Source: Piedraia hortae CBS 480.64
Taxonomy: Eukaryota
Reading direction: 5' to 3'
Assembly: GCA_010093745.1 (NCBI GenBank)
Contig: MU006016.1
Span: 62,001-89,378, forward strand
Length of the DNA stretch: 27,378 bases
Position 1 is the first letter of the stretch. The number at the start of each line of letters is the position of its first letter. The translations under genes and the position numbers were made by a program. The notes below the pieces were generated by a model. The model did not search any database and was not told the origin of the DNA. It saw only the letters and a program-made list of their open reading frames with translations. Below are positions 12,015-21,432 of this stretch, in pieces.

Positions 12015-13450
12015 CTACTCCACCTTCCTCCTCCCACCCCTCCACCCCAATCTCTTCATAAGCAACGGAAGCACCACAATCGCAAACCCCACCAGCACCA
12101 ACAAGAATGTCACAATCCCCACCCACGGCTTATCCTCCAGCACCGGAACTCGCACTCTCTCAACCAACTCCGTTCCCTCCGGGGTAAGATGATAAAACAC
12201 CCCATCCCCCAAGATCCCATCATACCCCAAATTAACCCTATCAAAAGGATTCTCCAAACTCCCGTTCGCAGGACAAGAGTAGAATACAATCGGCCAGGGG
12301 ATGTCTATGGTTTTATAGCCGCTTTCGCTGTCGGTGGAGTTGGCTTGTAGGTATCGTAGGTGGGTTTTTATCGTGATGTGATTTGATTGGGGATTGAGTT
12401 TGAATAAAGCCGCCGAGCCCCAGGAGTTTTGAACGGCCCAGTCGGGCGCTTCGAGGTTGGTTTCGCCTTTGAGGTTGATGAGAGAATCGAGGCCTTGGGA
12501 TGAGAGGACTAGAGGGTCGGAGAAGGAGTATTGGTCTAGGAAGAGGAAGGTGGGGAGGGTGAGATAGGTGTAAAGGGGGCATTTCATTTGATGGGTGTTG
12601 AGGAAGATTGATAGTTCGGGGTGGAGGCCAGTGGGGTGGTTGAAGGAGACGGTGTATGTCCCGTTGGGGTGGGTGAAATGGCGGGACGGGAAGGAAAATA
12701 GCGTCCCTTCTTTATGGATGGTGTTAGGTGGGCATTGTAATGGGCTGGAGGGGCTTACTGGGTTTCTTGTCTTCTCCTAGAACGGTGAGATAGCCACCTA
12801 GCTTGGTTTTCTGGGGGTCGTTGGATTCTTCTTCTTGCAGCACGCCCACTTCGCATCGTTCACCGTACTTTGTAACTAGATGATTGGAGGTGGGTGTGGG
12901 CCAATATGCGGCAAGACGGAGTTTGTCATGGGTAAGGTCAATGTCGATGTACCCAGCTTGTGTAAGAGCGGCAATCTCCTCTACGCATTGGCCTTTGGTG
13001 GAAGCACAAAACGTGCGAGCAAGCCAGGTTTGGAAAGGGACAATTTTGGGAAGGTACCAATACGCCTGGGAATCGATTTCGGGAGTGTTGCATTTCAAGG
13101 GTCCAAACATTGTCTTAAGCAGTGGACAGACATTTGCTGGCTGTGGAGTGAAGACGTGTAAGCCTGGGACAAGTCGTGCAAGTATGGATGGACTATTCGC
13201 GTGATTCCAACGGGAAACCCACTTGAGATGGATTTCTCCAATTTCTACGAGGGCCGTACGCAACTATAAACGCTCAGATACAGAATGGACAGCAAGAGGG
13301 CCTTGATACCTCGGTCGGTAACTCGTCTAATCTCAAAGTGAGAACCTTTTCAACAGCAGCATCGCCATTGTATCTAAGTGAATCAATCCCGGTATTGATC
13401 TGCCCAATCTCAGTTCTTTTTGGCACGAAATACGTCACTCTCTGCTTCAT
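12015..13450 (-). CDS. PBN1: Pbn1/PIG-X, subunit of GPI mannosyltransferase I, 3 exons
   Basis: Exons 13450-13310, 13263-12759 and 12709-12015 total 1341 nt in frame. Introns are GTATCA..TCTGAG..TAG (13309-13264) and GTAAGC..CCTAAC..AAG (12758-12710). Motifs: [70 protein letters not shown]. One C-terminal TM helix. Confidence 0.9.
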
Positions 13451-13559
13451 TGTGGTCACCAAAGACCTTGATGAAGCTGCCAGCGGGCTAGTGTTCGGAA
13501 GACGGACCGGGCCGAACACCTACACCGCAACCTCCGCTCTCCACATCTGCCAAACACCA

Positions 13560-14665
13560 ATGGCTCACTCCCTCCGTCAACTGAGTCGCGGCGTCGCAGC
13601 CGCGCGCAGCTACTCGTCTCTTATTCCGTCAAGCGGGTACGGTTCGACGGCTAAGAACCTGCGCATCACGGACCAGACTAAGGTCCTGTTCCAAGGCTTT
13701 ACGGGCAAGCAGGGCACCTTTCACGCCGAGCAGGCGATTGGATATGGTACAAGGGTAGTGGGCGGAACAAATCCGAAGAAAGCCGGCTCCGAGCATCTCG
13801 GGCTGCCGGTGTTCAAGGACGTTGCAGAGGGAGTCAAGGCCACGGGCGCAGATGCGAGTGTCATCTTTGTGCCGCCGCCGGTCGCGGCTGGCGGAATCGA
13901 AGAGGCCATCAAGGCTGAAGTTCCGCTCGTGGTTTGCATCACAGAAGGCATCCCGCAGCACGATATGGTGCGCATTACAGACATGTTGAAAACGCAGAGC
14001 AAGACGCGGCTCGTCGGGCCCAACTGCCCCGGAATTATTGCGCCGGTAAGTGGAACTGATGAGTTTCTTTATATGATAGGAAGAGTCTGAATTTCGGATG
14101 ACACTTCATTTACACACCTCTGATCCTTTACTCAGCCATGTTGCTGACATATATCTGCGTCTAGGGCCAATGCAAGATTGGCATCATGCCGGGCTTTATC
14201 CACAAGCGCGGTCGCGTCGGAATCGTGTCCCGCTCCGGCACGCTGACGTACGAGGCAGTAAACCAGACCACGCAAGCAGGGCTGGGCCAATCTCTCGTTG
14301 TGGGCATTGGCGGAGACCCGTTCTCGGGCACCAACTTCATCGACTGTCTGCGCGTCTTCCTCAACGATCCTGACACGGAGGGAATTATCATGATTGGTGA
14401 GATCGGAGGTAGTGCCGAAGAAGATGCAGCCGACTTCTTGAAGGCGGAAAACAAAAACAATACGCCTGTCGTGAGCTTCATTGCTGGAATCTCAGCACCA
14501 CCGGGACGACGAATGGGTCACGCTGGTGCCATTGTCAGCGGCGGTAAGGGTGGTGCGGACAGCAAGATCTCGGCACTGGAGTCAGCCGGCGTTGTGGTGG
14601 AGCGGAGCCCAGCTGCTCTTGGCAAAACTCTCCGCGAAGAATTCGTCAAGCGAGATCTTATCTAG
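13560..14665 (+). CDS. LSC1: Succinyl-CoA ligase alpha subunit, mitochondrial, 2 exons
   Basis: Exons 13560-14045 and 14165-14665 give 328 aa. Intron GTAAGT..GCTGAC..TAG at 14046-14164. Motifs: [29 protein letters not shown], phospho-His motif [10 protein letters not shown]. Arg/Ser-rich N-terminal presequence. Confidence 0.97.
14052..14126 (+). ncRNA. Intronic box C/D snoRNA (2'-O-methylation guide for 25S rRNA)
   Basis: Box C CTGATGA 14056-14062, D' CTGA 14087-14090, C' CGGATGA 14095-14101, D CTGA 14120-14123, terminal stem GGA/TCC. Guide TATGATAGGAAGAG (14072-14085) is the reverse complement of conserved LSU rRNA CUCUUCCUAUCAUA. Confidence 0.85.
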
Positions 14666-14765
14666 TGTGTACAATGTTCGTTTCTGTCTGTCAATGGTCA
14701 AATTTCAATCATCTCTTAAAACATTAGGGTGGGAAGGTTAATGAACGGTAGCGTCTACATCAAAT

Positions 14766-15611
14766 TCATTCCCCAAGCCTTCTTCCGGGTCCTCGTTGAC
14801 TCCAACTCCCTGCAAGTCCAGATGTCCAGCCTCGTCCCGGCTGCTGCTGCTGCTGCTGCCGGCCCGGCTGGGCTGCGGGGATTGCTGTTCCAAATCCACG
14901 CTGCCGCGGTGCAGTCCCCCCGAACCAATTTTTTACAAAAGTCGGTGTGGTGATGTATTGGCGTCCGCCACCGTGCTCAGGCCAGACCTTTGTGAGGAAC
15001 TCGTACCCATGGGCGGCAATGAGGCCTGGAAGCTGGTTCAAGGCATCTTCGGGTGAGCCCATGACAAAAGCCATTGCCAGCATGACGAGCGGAAGGAACT
15101 TGGCTGAGAAGCTGACGACGAAGTAAGTAATCTGGCGGTTGGGGTTTTCCTGGGCCCAGGTGTAGGCCAAAGCAAGGTTCAGAGGCCCAAGCAGCATCAC
15201 ACCGCCGAGGTAAACCCCGCTGAGAAGCTGAACAGTGTCAACATTCAGCAGCATTCATCTGTGACAACCTCGTTCGAGAGGCCCACGGTTGAGACTCACC
15301 ACAATGATGCTGCATACAAATGCCAGATACACAACAAAGTCAGCAGGATCAGCAAACTTGGACTGTTCTAGCTGGCTACTGTAAGTGTAGAGGAAGTATG
15401 GATCTAATACGATCGACAGCTTGGGACCTGTGATGAGAAACGCAGTAGCTAAACGCCATACCTGAGGGAAATGGCTCAAGGTAAAGACGCGGCGAGTGAT
15501 CCACACATAGCGGTAAAGACTAACCAGTCCAGCCCAGGCCGGAGCAGAGACCAGAACAGCAGCAGCCGTCAGTGTGCGGGAAACGGGGGGGGCGGCGTAG
15601 AAGGCGTCCAT
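14766..15611 (-). CDS. Derlin (Der1/Dfm1-like ERAD rhomboid pseudoprotease), 2 exons
   Basis: Exons 15611-15300 and 15227-14766 give 257 aa. Intron GTGAGT..CAG at 15299-15228. Motifs: PPVSRTL, QVWRL (WR motif), YSSQLE, YTWAQENP, GLIAAH.YEFL, C-terminal SHP-box-like RGPGRRLG and a short poly-Q. Confidence 0.9.
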
Positions 15612-15693
15612 GTTTGAGTGTGTGACGACAACAAAGCCCCACACCCACGATGGCCCCGCCTGAACAAAAACCTTTCGGTCTTCATTGTTCATC

Positions 15694-17070
15694 ATGGATG
15701 CCATGCTGCCCTCTGCGGGCACCTCCAACAAGGTGCTCCTGCTTGGTGCCGGCTTCGTCACTCGACCGACCATTGTCGAGCTTGACAAGGCCGACATCCA
15801 CGTAACCGTCGCTTGTAGGACGTTGGAGAGCGCCCAGAAGCTCTGCGATGGCCTCCAACATGCCAGCGCCATCTCGTTGGACGTCAACGATGCCGAGGCG
15901 CTGGAGGGGAACATTGAGAAGAACGGGCTCGTCATCTCATTGATTCCCTATACCTTCCATGCCCAAGTCATTAAAGCGGCCATCAAGGCCAAGAAGCATG
16001 TCGTCACTACGTCGTATGTGTCTGATGCCATGAAGGAACTCGACCAGGAGGCCAAGGATGCCGGAATCACCGTCTTGAACGAGATTGGGCTCGATCCTGG
16101 TATCGACCACTTATATGCCGTCAAGACAATCACCGAGGTCCACAACGAGGGCGGCAGGATCGTCAGCTTCTTGTCCTACTGCGGTGGCCTTCCGGCTCCC
16201 GAGTGTTCTGACAACCCGCTGGGCTACAAGTTCTCGTGGTCGCCACGAGGAGTCCTTTTGGCTGCCCGCAATACGGCACAATTCTATGTGGACGGCAAGC
16301 AGGAGACGACACCCGGCGAGAAGCTCATGAGCACCGCCCGTCCGTACTTGATCTACCCCGGCTTTGCCTTTGAAGCTTATCCCAATCGTGACAGCACGCC
16401 TTACCGCGCTCGCTACAGCATCCCCGAAGCCGAGACGCTTATCCGCGGCACGTTGCGCTACCAGGGCAATCCGGCTTTTATCCAGACGCTCCGTGACCTC
16501 AACCTCTTGAGCGAAGAGCGTCAGGACTACCTCGAATCGCATACGGTGTGGAAGGAGGCATTCGCTCGCATCATTGGGTCAGGCACGGCCACCGAGAAGG
16601 ACCTAACATGGGCCATCAGTTCCAAGGTTAAATTTACAAATACCGAGGAAAAGGAACGCATTCTTGCCGGTCTTCGGTGGATCGGTCTTTTCTCTGACGA
16701 ACCCATTACGCCTCGTGGCACTCCCCTCGACTGCCTTTGCGCCGCGCTGGAGAACAAGATGAAGTATGAAAAGGGTGAGAGGGATCTCGTCATGCTTCAG
16801 CACAAGTTCGGGATCGAATGGTCTGACGGCAAGCGTGAGACTCGTACCAGCACTCTGTGCGCGTACGGCGATCCGGAAGGCAGCGATGGATACAGCGCAA
16901 TGGCCAGGCTTGTGGGCGTGCCCTGTGCCGTTGCTGTTCGCATGGTGCTCAACGGAGACATTAAGCAAAAAGGCGTCATTGCTCCTGTCACGCCAGACAT
17001 TGCTGAGCCAATTCGCCTTCGTCTCAAGGAAGAGTACGGCATCGAACTAAAGGAGAAGACTCTGGCGTGA
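15694..17070 (+). CDS. LYS9: Saccharopine dehydrogenase (NADP+, L-glutamate-forming), intronless
   Basis: Motifs KVLLLGAGFV, VISLIPYTFH, VVTTSYVS, NEIGLDPGIDH, SYCGGLPAPE..DNPLGYKFSWS, RGTLRY, GYSAMARLVG. Start at 15694 or 15703. Confidence 0.97.
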   Translation: MDAMLPSAGTSNKVLLLGAGFVTRPTIVELDKADIHVTVACRTLESAQKLCDGLQHASAISLDVNDAEALEGNIEKNGLVISLIPYTFHAQVIKAAIKAKKHVVTTSYVSDAMKELDQEAKDAGITVLNEIGLDPGIDHLYAVKTITEVHNEGGRIVSFLSYCGGLPAPECSDNPLGYKFSWSPRGVLLAARNTAQFYVDGKQETTPGEKLMSTARPYLIYPGFAFEAYPNRDSTPYRARYSIPEAETLIRGTLRYQGNPAFIQTLRDLNLLSEERQDYLESHTVWKEAFARIIGSGTATEKDLTWAISSKVKFTNTEEKERILAGLRWIGLFSDEPITPRGTPLDCLCAALENKMKYEKGERDLVMLQHKFGIEWSDGKRETRTSTLCAYGDPEGSDGYSAMARLVGVPCAVAVRMVLNGDIKQKGVIAPVTPDIAEPIRLRLKEEYGIELKEKTLA

Positions 17071-17199
17071 AAAGTAAAAATTCTACGTGTTTTATCGAGT
17101 TCACTTGCTGTCCGAGTCTCGTCTATGAAAAAATTTGCTCAATCTTTCCCGATTAGGAAGTTATACCCCGTGACGACCAGGCTGCAGATGATGTACATC

Positions 17200-18114
17200 T
17201 TAGACATGAAGCTTGCTCATACCCATCCTGACCGGGTACGCTTTTGCTGCCTTTTGCTTCACAATTGCATCCAACCAAGCCGCAAGGCGATATCCAGCCT
17301 TTGCAATCTGCAACTCAACCGCGGGAGCAGCCTTCTCATAGTAACCAGGATAAAGCTCTGTGTTGGTCATGCTGTCCGGCTCTCCGGTGAAGACAACCTC
17401 GCAGTTAAGCTTGTTAGCATCACTCGCCCAAGAGAGAGCAGTTCCCTGAGCATCCGTGATATCCAGACCCTCCAACCAATCAGCCGCTTCGCTCTCAAAC
17501 TTGCCTGATCGGATCTCCTTCTCAAGCATGTCGGCCCATTTCGACGCGCCGACGAGCGAAGACGACGAGTCAGACGTATTGGCCAAGAGGTCGACAATGC
17601 TGGTGTCCCACACATGGTGGAGGTTGGTGGAGCTTCCCTGGAACATGACGGCAATGTTGTTGCCGCCTTTATCAATGGCCTCGTCGTGGAGAGGCTGCGC
17701 GACGTCGCCGACGAAATGGATGATAAACCGCAAGGCGTCGGTGTATTGGTACTTGTCGCCGTTGGGAGAGGCGGAAACGCGTTGGGTGTAGTTGGCAATA
17801 GCGCCCACGACACAGGCGTCGCTGCCGCAGTCGCGGGAGAAGTTGACATTGCATGTGTCGGGCGGGTTGTCTTCGGCGTCAATGTAGTGCAATGGGGCGC
17901 TGTACGCTCCGGCTTTGGTGTTGCGGAAACTATCGGCCCAGGTGGCTACGTTCGCGAGGTAGGATGTGGATGTATCGTTTAGGATCCCCTGTGCCCAGGT
18001 CTTTGTTTCAGTGGCCACGAAGCGCTGGGCTAGGTACGCTACGGTTTCGTGGCCGACGGTGCCCCAGGCTTTGGCGCCGGAAATGGCGAGTGCGAGGGGG
18101 AGGAGGACGTTCAT
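17200..18114 (-). CDS. Secreted S1/P1 nuclease
   Basis: Signal peptide ending AKA, mature N-terminus WGTVGH. Zn-ligand motifs TWAD, LHYID, HFVGDVAQPLH, NLHHVWD, and C-terminal QIAKAGYRLAAWL. Confidence 0.95.
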   Translation of the reverse strand: MNVLLPLALAISGAKAWGTVGHETVAYLAQRFVATETKTWAQGILNDTSTSYLANVATWADSFRNTKAGAYSAPLHYIDAEDNPPDTCNVNFSRDCGSDACVVGAIANYTQRVSASPNGDKYQYTDALRFIIHFVGDVAQPLHDEAIDKGGNNIAVMFQGSSTNLHHVWDTSIVDLLANTSDSSSSLVGASKWADMLEKEIRSGKFESEAADWLEGLDITDAQGTALSWASDANKLNCEVVFTGEPDSMTNTELYPGYYEKAAPAVELQIAKAGYRLAAWLDAIVKQKAAKAYPVRMGMSKLHV

Positions 18115-18248
18115 GGTGAGTAGGGAGATGGAATGGAGGGAAATGAAAGGGAAATAAGGTCTGTTGAATAAGAAGCATAGGAAACCAGGAACTCTTTATA
18201 ATCTACAGCACCTTTGGCGCACATGGCCAGGTCCCAAGATGTGATTGG

Positions 18249-18830
18249 CTAACAGGCGCCTCTGAACACGGTCACTAGCCGTTCCGCCTCATTGGCGTCA
18301 CGCAGACGTTGCTCGAGATAACCCCGGAGGTCGGTCCAAAACTGGTCGTCAAGCGCCGTCTTCTTTCCGGTTGCTTCTTCGTGCGCCTTTTCACTTTCGG
18401 GAGCGGCCGACGAGTATTGTTCGGCTCCTCCCATGACCATTACGCCAAACTCGACGTCCCCATCGACGCCCAGATCGCGCAGAGTCTTGAGCTCGTTCGC
18501 CGGCTTTTTCTTGTAGAGCACCTTGACCCTTTCTGCTCCGGTCTTGGTGGCGTAGAGGCTTTTGACGTCATGGACGGTTGCGTCGAGTGAGAAGTCACCC
18601 GTGACCGTTTGCCCGCCTCTCATAGGCTTGATCGTGACTGAGACATGTTTCTTGGCTTTTGCATCATCTTTGCCAGCTGCTCTCGTGGGAAATGCATGTG
18701 CCTGTTTGGATAAGATGTAGGGCGCCTGAGCGGCGTAAGTTTTCGGATCACCCGCGTAGTCGGCCGCAAGCTTGACGGGCTTCTTGTCTACAGTGGCCAG
18801 AAATCCCTTGGCAAATGTCACTTCCGACAT
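18249..18830 (-). CDS. GET5: Get5/Mdy2 ubiquitin-like protein of the GET (tail-anchored protein) pathway
   Basis: N-terminal MSEVTFAKGFLATVDKKPVKLAADY (Get4-binding-like), central UBL domain (TVHDVKSLY...VKVLYKKKP...KTLRDL), C-terminal dimerisation-like FWTDLRGYLEQRL. Confidence 0.85.
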   Translation of the reverse strand: MSEVTFAKGFLATVDKKPVKLAADYAGDPKTYAAQAPYILSKQAHAFPTRAAGKDDAKAKKHVSVTIKPMRGGQTVTGDFSLDATVHDVKSLYATKTGAERVKVLYKKKPANELKTLRDLGVDGDVEFGVMVMGGAEQYSSAAPESEKAHEEATGKKTALDDQFWTDLRGYLEQRLRDANEAERLVTVFRGAC

Positions 18831-19260
18831 GATAGTGCGCTGGAACCCGGCGAATAACGTGTCGTTGGACTGACGCGCCAGTTTGGGGAGTGGGGCGGGT
18901 TTGACTTTGGTAGGTTTTGTAACGGAAATGACGCAGCGGCAACAGCTGTATCTTTATGTGTGTTCTATGTAGCCATGCATCCTGTATGGCTGTATTAAAC
19001 TGGTAGTCTATGCCGTCATGCGCCCCTACACTGTCCACATGGACGAGTTTTTATATCGCGCTTAAACTAAAGATAAATCTACGTTTCCACATAACTATTT
19101 TTCGACGCTTACAATTCGACTGCCCACATGCCATACAGTATCAGTGACAGAGAGTGTCAAGTCTGCTGCGAATCTGAATTTGCCCATCCGCGCGAGTCAT
19201 TAGCGCCACACTAGCGCGACCTTCTTTGCGTTGCCCAACCAGCTAAACACCTACCCAAAA

Positions 19261-20559
19261 ATGACTCTCGAGCCGCATCCCACAGCAAAGGCCATCATCG
19301 TCACATCCAGCGGTGATCTAGAGTTATCCCTATTCGGAAAGCAGGCTCCTCTGGCAACACAAAATTTCCTCCAGCACTGTCTCGATGGGTATTACAATGG
19401 AACTGTCTTCCACCGGTTAGTACCGGGGTTTATCCTCCAAGGTGGGGATCCTACGGGTACGGGGTCGGGAGGAGTCTCTGCCCTCGACGAGGGAGACGAC
19501 TTCGATGTGGAAATTCATTCTAGACTCAAGTTTAACCGAAGAGGACTCCTAGGTATGGTGGAAAAGGATGGGAAGAATGGGAGTCAATTCTTCTTCACCC
19601 TAGCCCCCACTCCGGAGCTGCAGGGAAAGTGTACCTTGTTTGGACGTGTGGAAGGAGATACTGTTTTCAATCTGGTCCACATGGGAGAGGCAGAGGTTGA
19701 TGGGGAGCGACCGCTTTGGCCGGTCAAAATAATCAGAACCGAGGTTGTTGTCGACCCGTTCAATCTTCGGAAGAGGGCCAAGGCCGCTGCTGAGCCAGAT
19801 GCCGATGACAAGGCGAAGAAGAGGAAGAGGGATCGAGGGAAAAAGGTTGGTGGACTGTCTTTCGAAGATGACGAGAACGAGGTGGTGGTTTTGAAAAAGA
19901 ACAAAGTTAACCACAAGGCTGAGAAATCCGTTGCAATCAATAAAATTGAAACCCAGTTGCCTGTGCGGAAAACCCCCCCAATCCAAGACGCTCCCGACGA
20001 GCCCGCCAAGGAACGCTCACCGTCAGTGGAAAGGGATCCCTCGTCCTCCCCCGAAAGGGAAACAGAGCTTGAGAAAACCAAGGCCGAGATTGCTGCGTTG
20101 AAAGCCAGCATGAAACGAGCTGATCCTACAAAGGAACAGCCCAAGACGAATACGTCCTCTGCAAGAATGGCTCTGAAAGACATGGTACCCGCAAAAAGCA
20201 CACGTGGGCGAAGGAGAGGAAAAGACAAAGGTACAGATGAGCCTGGCGCTGCCGAGTCTCTGTTGAAGTTCATGAATGAGCTCAACAAGAAGTCGAGTAA
20301 TGACGAGAGTAAGAAGCCTGCAAACGCAAACAAAGATGCAAAAGAAGAGGGTGAGGCGGAGGAGGAAGACGTACTTTGCGATCTGCACCTTGTAGTAAAC
20401 TGCGCAAGCTGTCAACGTTTGGAAGAGCAAGAACGTACTTTTACAAATGGTATGGACTGGACAAATCACAAGCTGACATGTGAGGAAGATGTCAAAGGGC
20501 GAGAAAGAAAATGGAGGGAGAACATGGAGGATGTCAGGGTCGAGGATGTGAGAAAGTGA
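19261..20559 (+). CDS. CWC27: Spliceosomal cyclophilin-type protein Cwc27
   Basis: LEPHPTAK...FLQHCLDGYYNGTVFHRLVPGFILQGGDPTGTGSGG, EIHSRLKFNRRGLLGM, NGSQFFFTL, LFGRVEGDTVFN, then a long charged tail with LSFEDDE. First ATG is 19261; the ORF track starts at an upstream TTG. Confidence 0.9.
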   Translation: MTLEPHPTAKAIIVTSSGDLELSLFGKQAPLATQNFLQHCLDGYYNGTVFHRLVPGFILQGGDPTGTGSGGVSALDEGDDFDVEIHSRLKFNRRGLLGMVEKDGKNGSQFFFTLAPTPELQGKCTLFGRVEGDTVFNLVHMGEAEVDGERPLWPVKIIRTEVVVDPFNLRKRAKAAAEPDADDKAKKRKRDRGKKVGGLSFEDDENEVVVLKKNKVNHKAEKSVAINKIETQLPVRKTPPIQDAPDEPAKERSPSVERDPSSSPERETELEKTKAEIAALKASMKRADPTKEQPKTNTSSARMALKDMVPAKSTRGRRRGKDKGTDEPGAAESLLKFMNELNKKSSNDESKKPANANKDAKEEGEAEEEDVLCDLHLVVNCASCQRLEEQERTFTNGMDWTNHKLTCEEDVKGRERKWRENMEDVRVEDVRK

Positions 20560-20785
20560 GAGCAGGATATAAGTCCGCGATTCATGACGGTTTGAACATG
20601 TCATTGGTGGACTGCCAGCAGACAAGGCAACCAGGCAAGAATGACGTCTAGTAGGGCGGGGTAATTTGCTGACGTTTGCATTGTCATGGCCGAATCGGGT
20701 CAGGGCCCCACCTTGACCCCGCCAAGAAAACACCCATCACCTCCATCACCCTGTTCCTACCCTCTTCTAATCGCTTGTCTGCATC

Positions 20786-21288
20786 ATGGCTCAGTCCGGA
20801 GTTGGCGTTGCGCCCGAGTGCGTCGAGGCTTTCAATGAGCTGAAGTTGGGCAAGAGCACAAAATGGATCATCTACAAGATCAGCGACGACTGGAAGGAGA
20901 TTGTGGTGGAAGAGAAGTCGACGGACCCGAACTTTGACGTGTTCCGGGAGAAGCTTCTGAACGCAAAGAGCAAGAATAAGCGCGGCGAGGAGGGCGTTGG
21001 AGGGCGCTACGCCGTGTTTGACGTTGACTACGACGCTCCCGGCGGCGAGGGCAAGCGGTCCAAGATCACCTTTATTTCGTGGGTGCCCGACAATGCGCCG
21101 CAATACGTGAGTAATGCAAAACATCAGTGGGGCCGGAAACTGACAGTTGACAGCCGCGCATGATGTATTCCTCTTCCAAAGACGCCCTTAAGCGCGCCCT
21201 CAACGGCCTCGCGGCCGACATTCAAGCAAACGACATTGACGATATTGAGCACTCAAGCATCGTCAGCCGCGTCTCTACGGGCCGTTAA
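20786..21288 (+). CDS. COF1: Cofilin/actin-depolymerising factor, 2 exons
   Basis: Exons 20786-21106 and 21154-21288 give 151 aa. Intron GTGAGT..ACTGAC..CAG at 21107-21153. Motifs: MAQSGVGV..ECVEAFNELKLGK, RYAVFD, GKRSKITFISWVPD, RMMYSSSKDALKRALNG. Confidence 0.96.
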
Positions 21289-21432
21289 GGGATCGCCAGG
21301 GAGGTTTTGTAGTGCACTGGACGAACCTAGCCAGGCAGATAGGACGTATGCTTTACGATTTCTTTTCCCCCTTTCCATTTCCCACCCTTTCTTTAAGCGC
21401 GTTAATCAATGACATACAGAACAAAATGAAGT

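Noticed and set aside
11940..12720. Sharp C-rich to G-rich strand-skew switch within PBN1 exon 3
   Set aside because: The reading frame and Pbn1 motifs are continuous across it; it looks like ordinary positional codon bias rather than an insertion.
19584..20733. Long antisense ORFs (249 and 236 aa) over CWC27, and similar shadow ORFs over GPI7, the importin, LYS9, NHX1 and the transporter
   Set aside because: These are antisense or alternate-frame shadows of real genes, with no recognisable domains.
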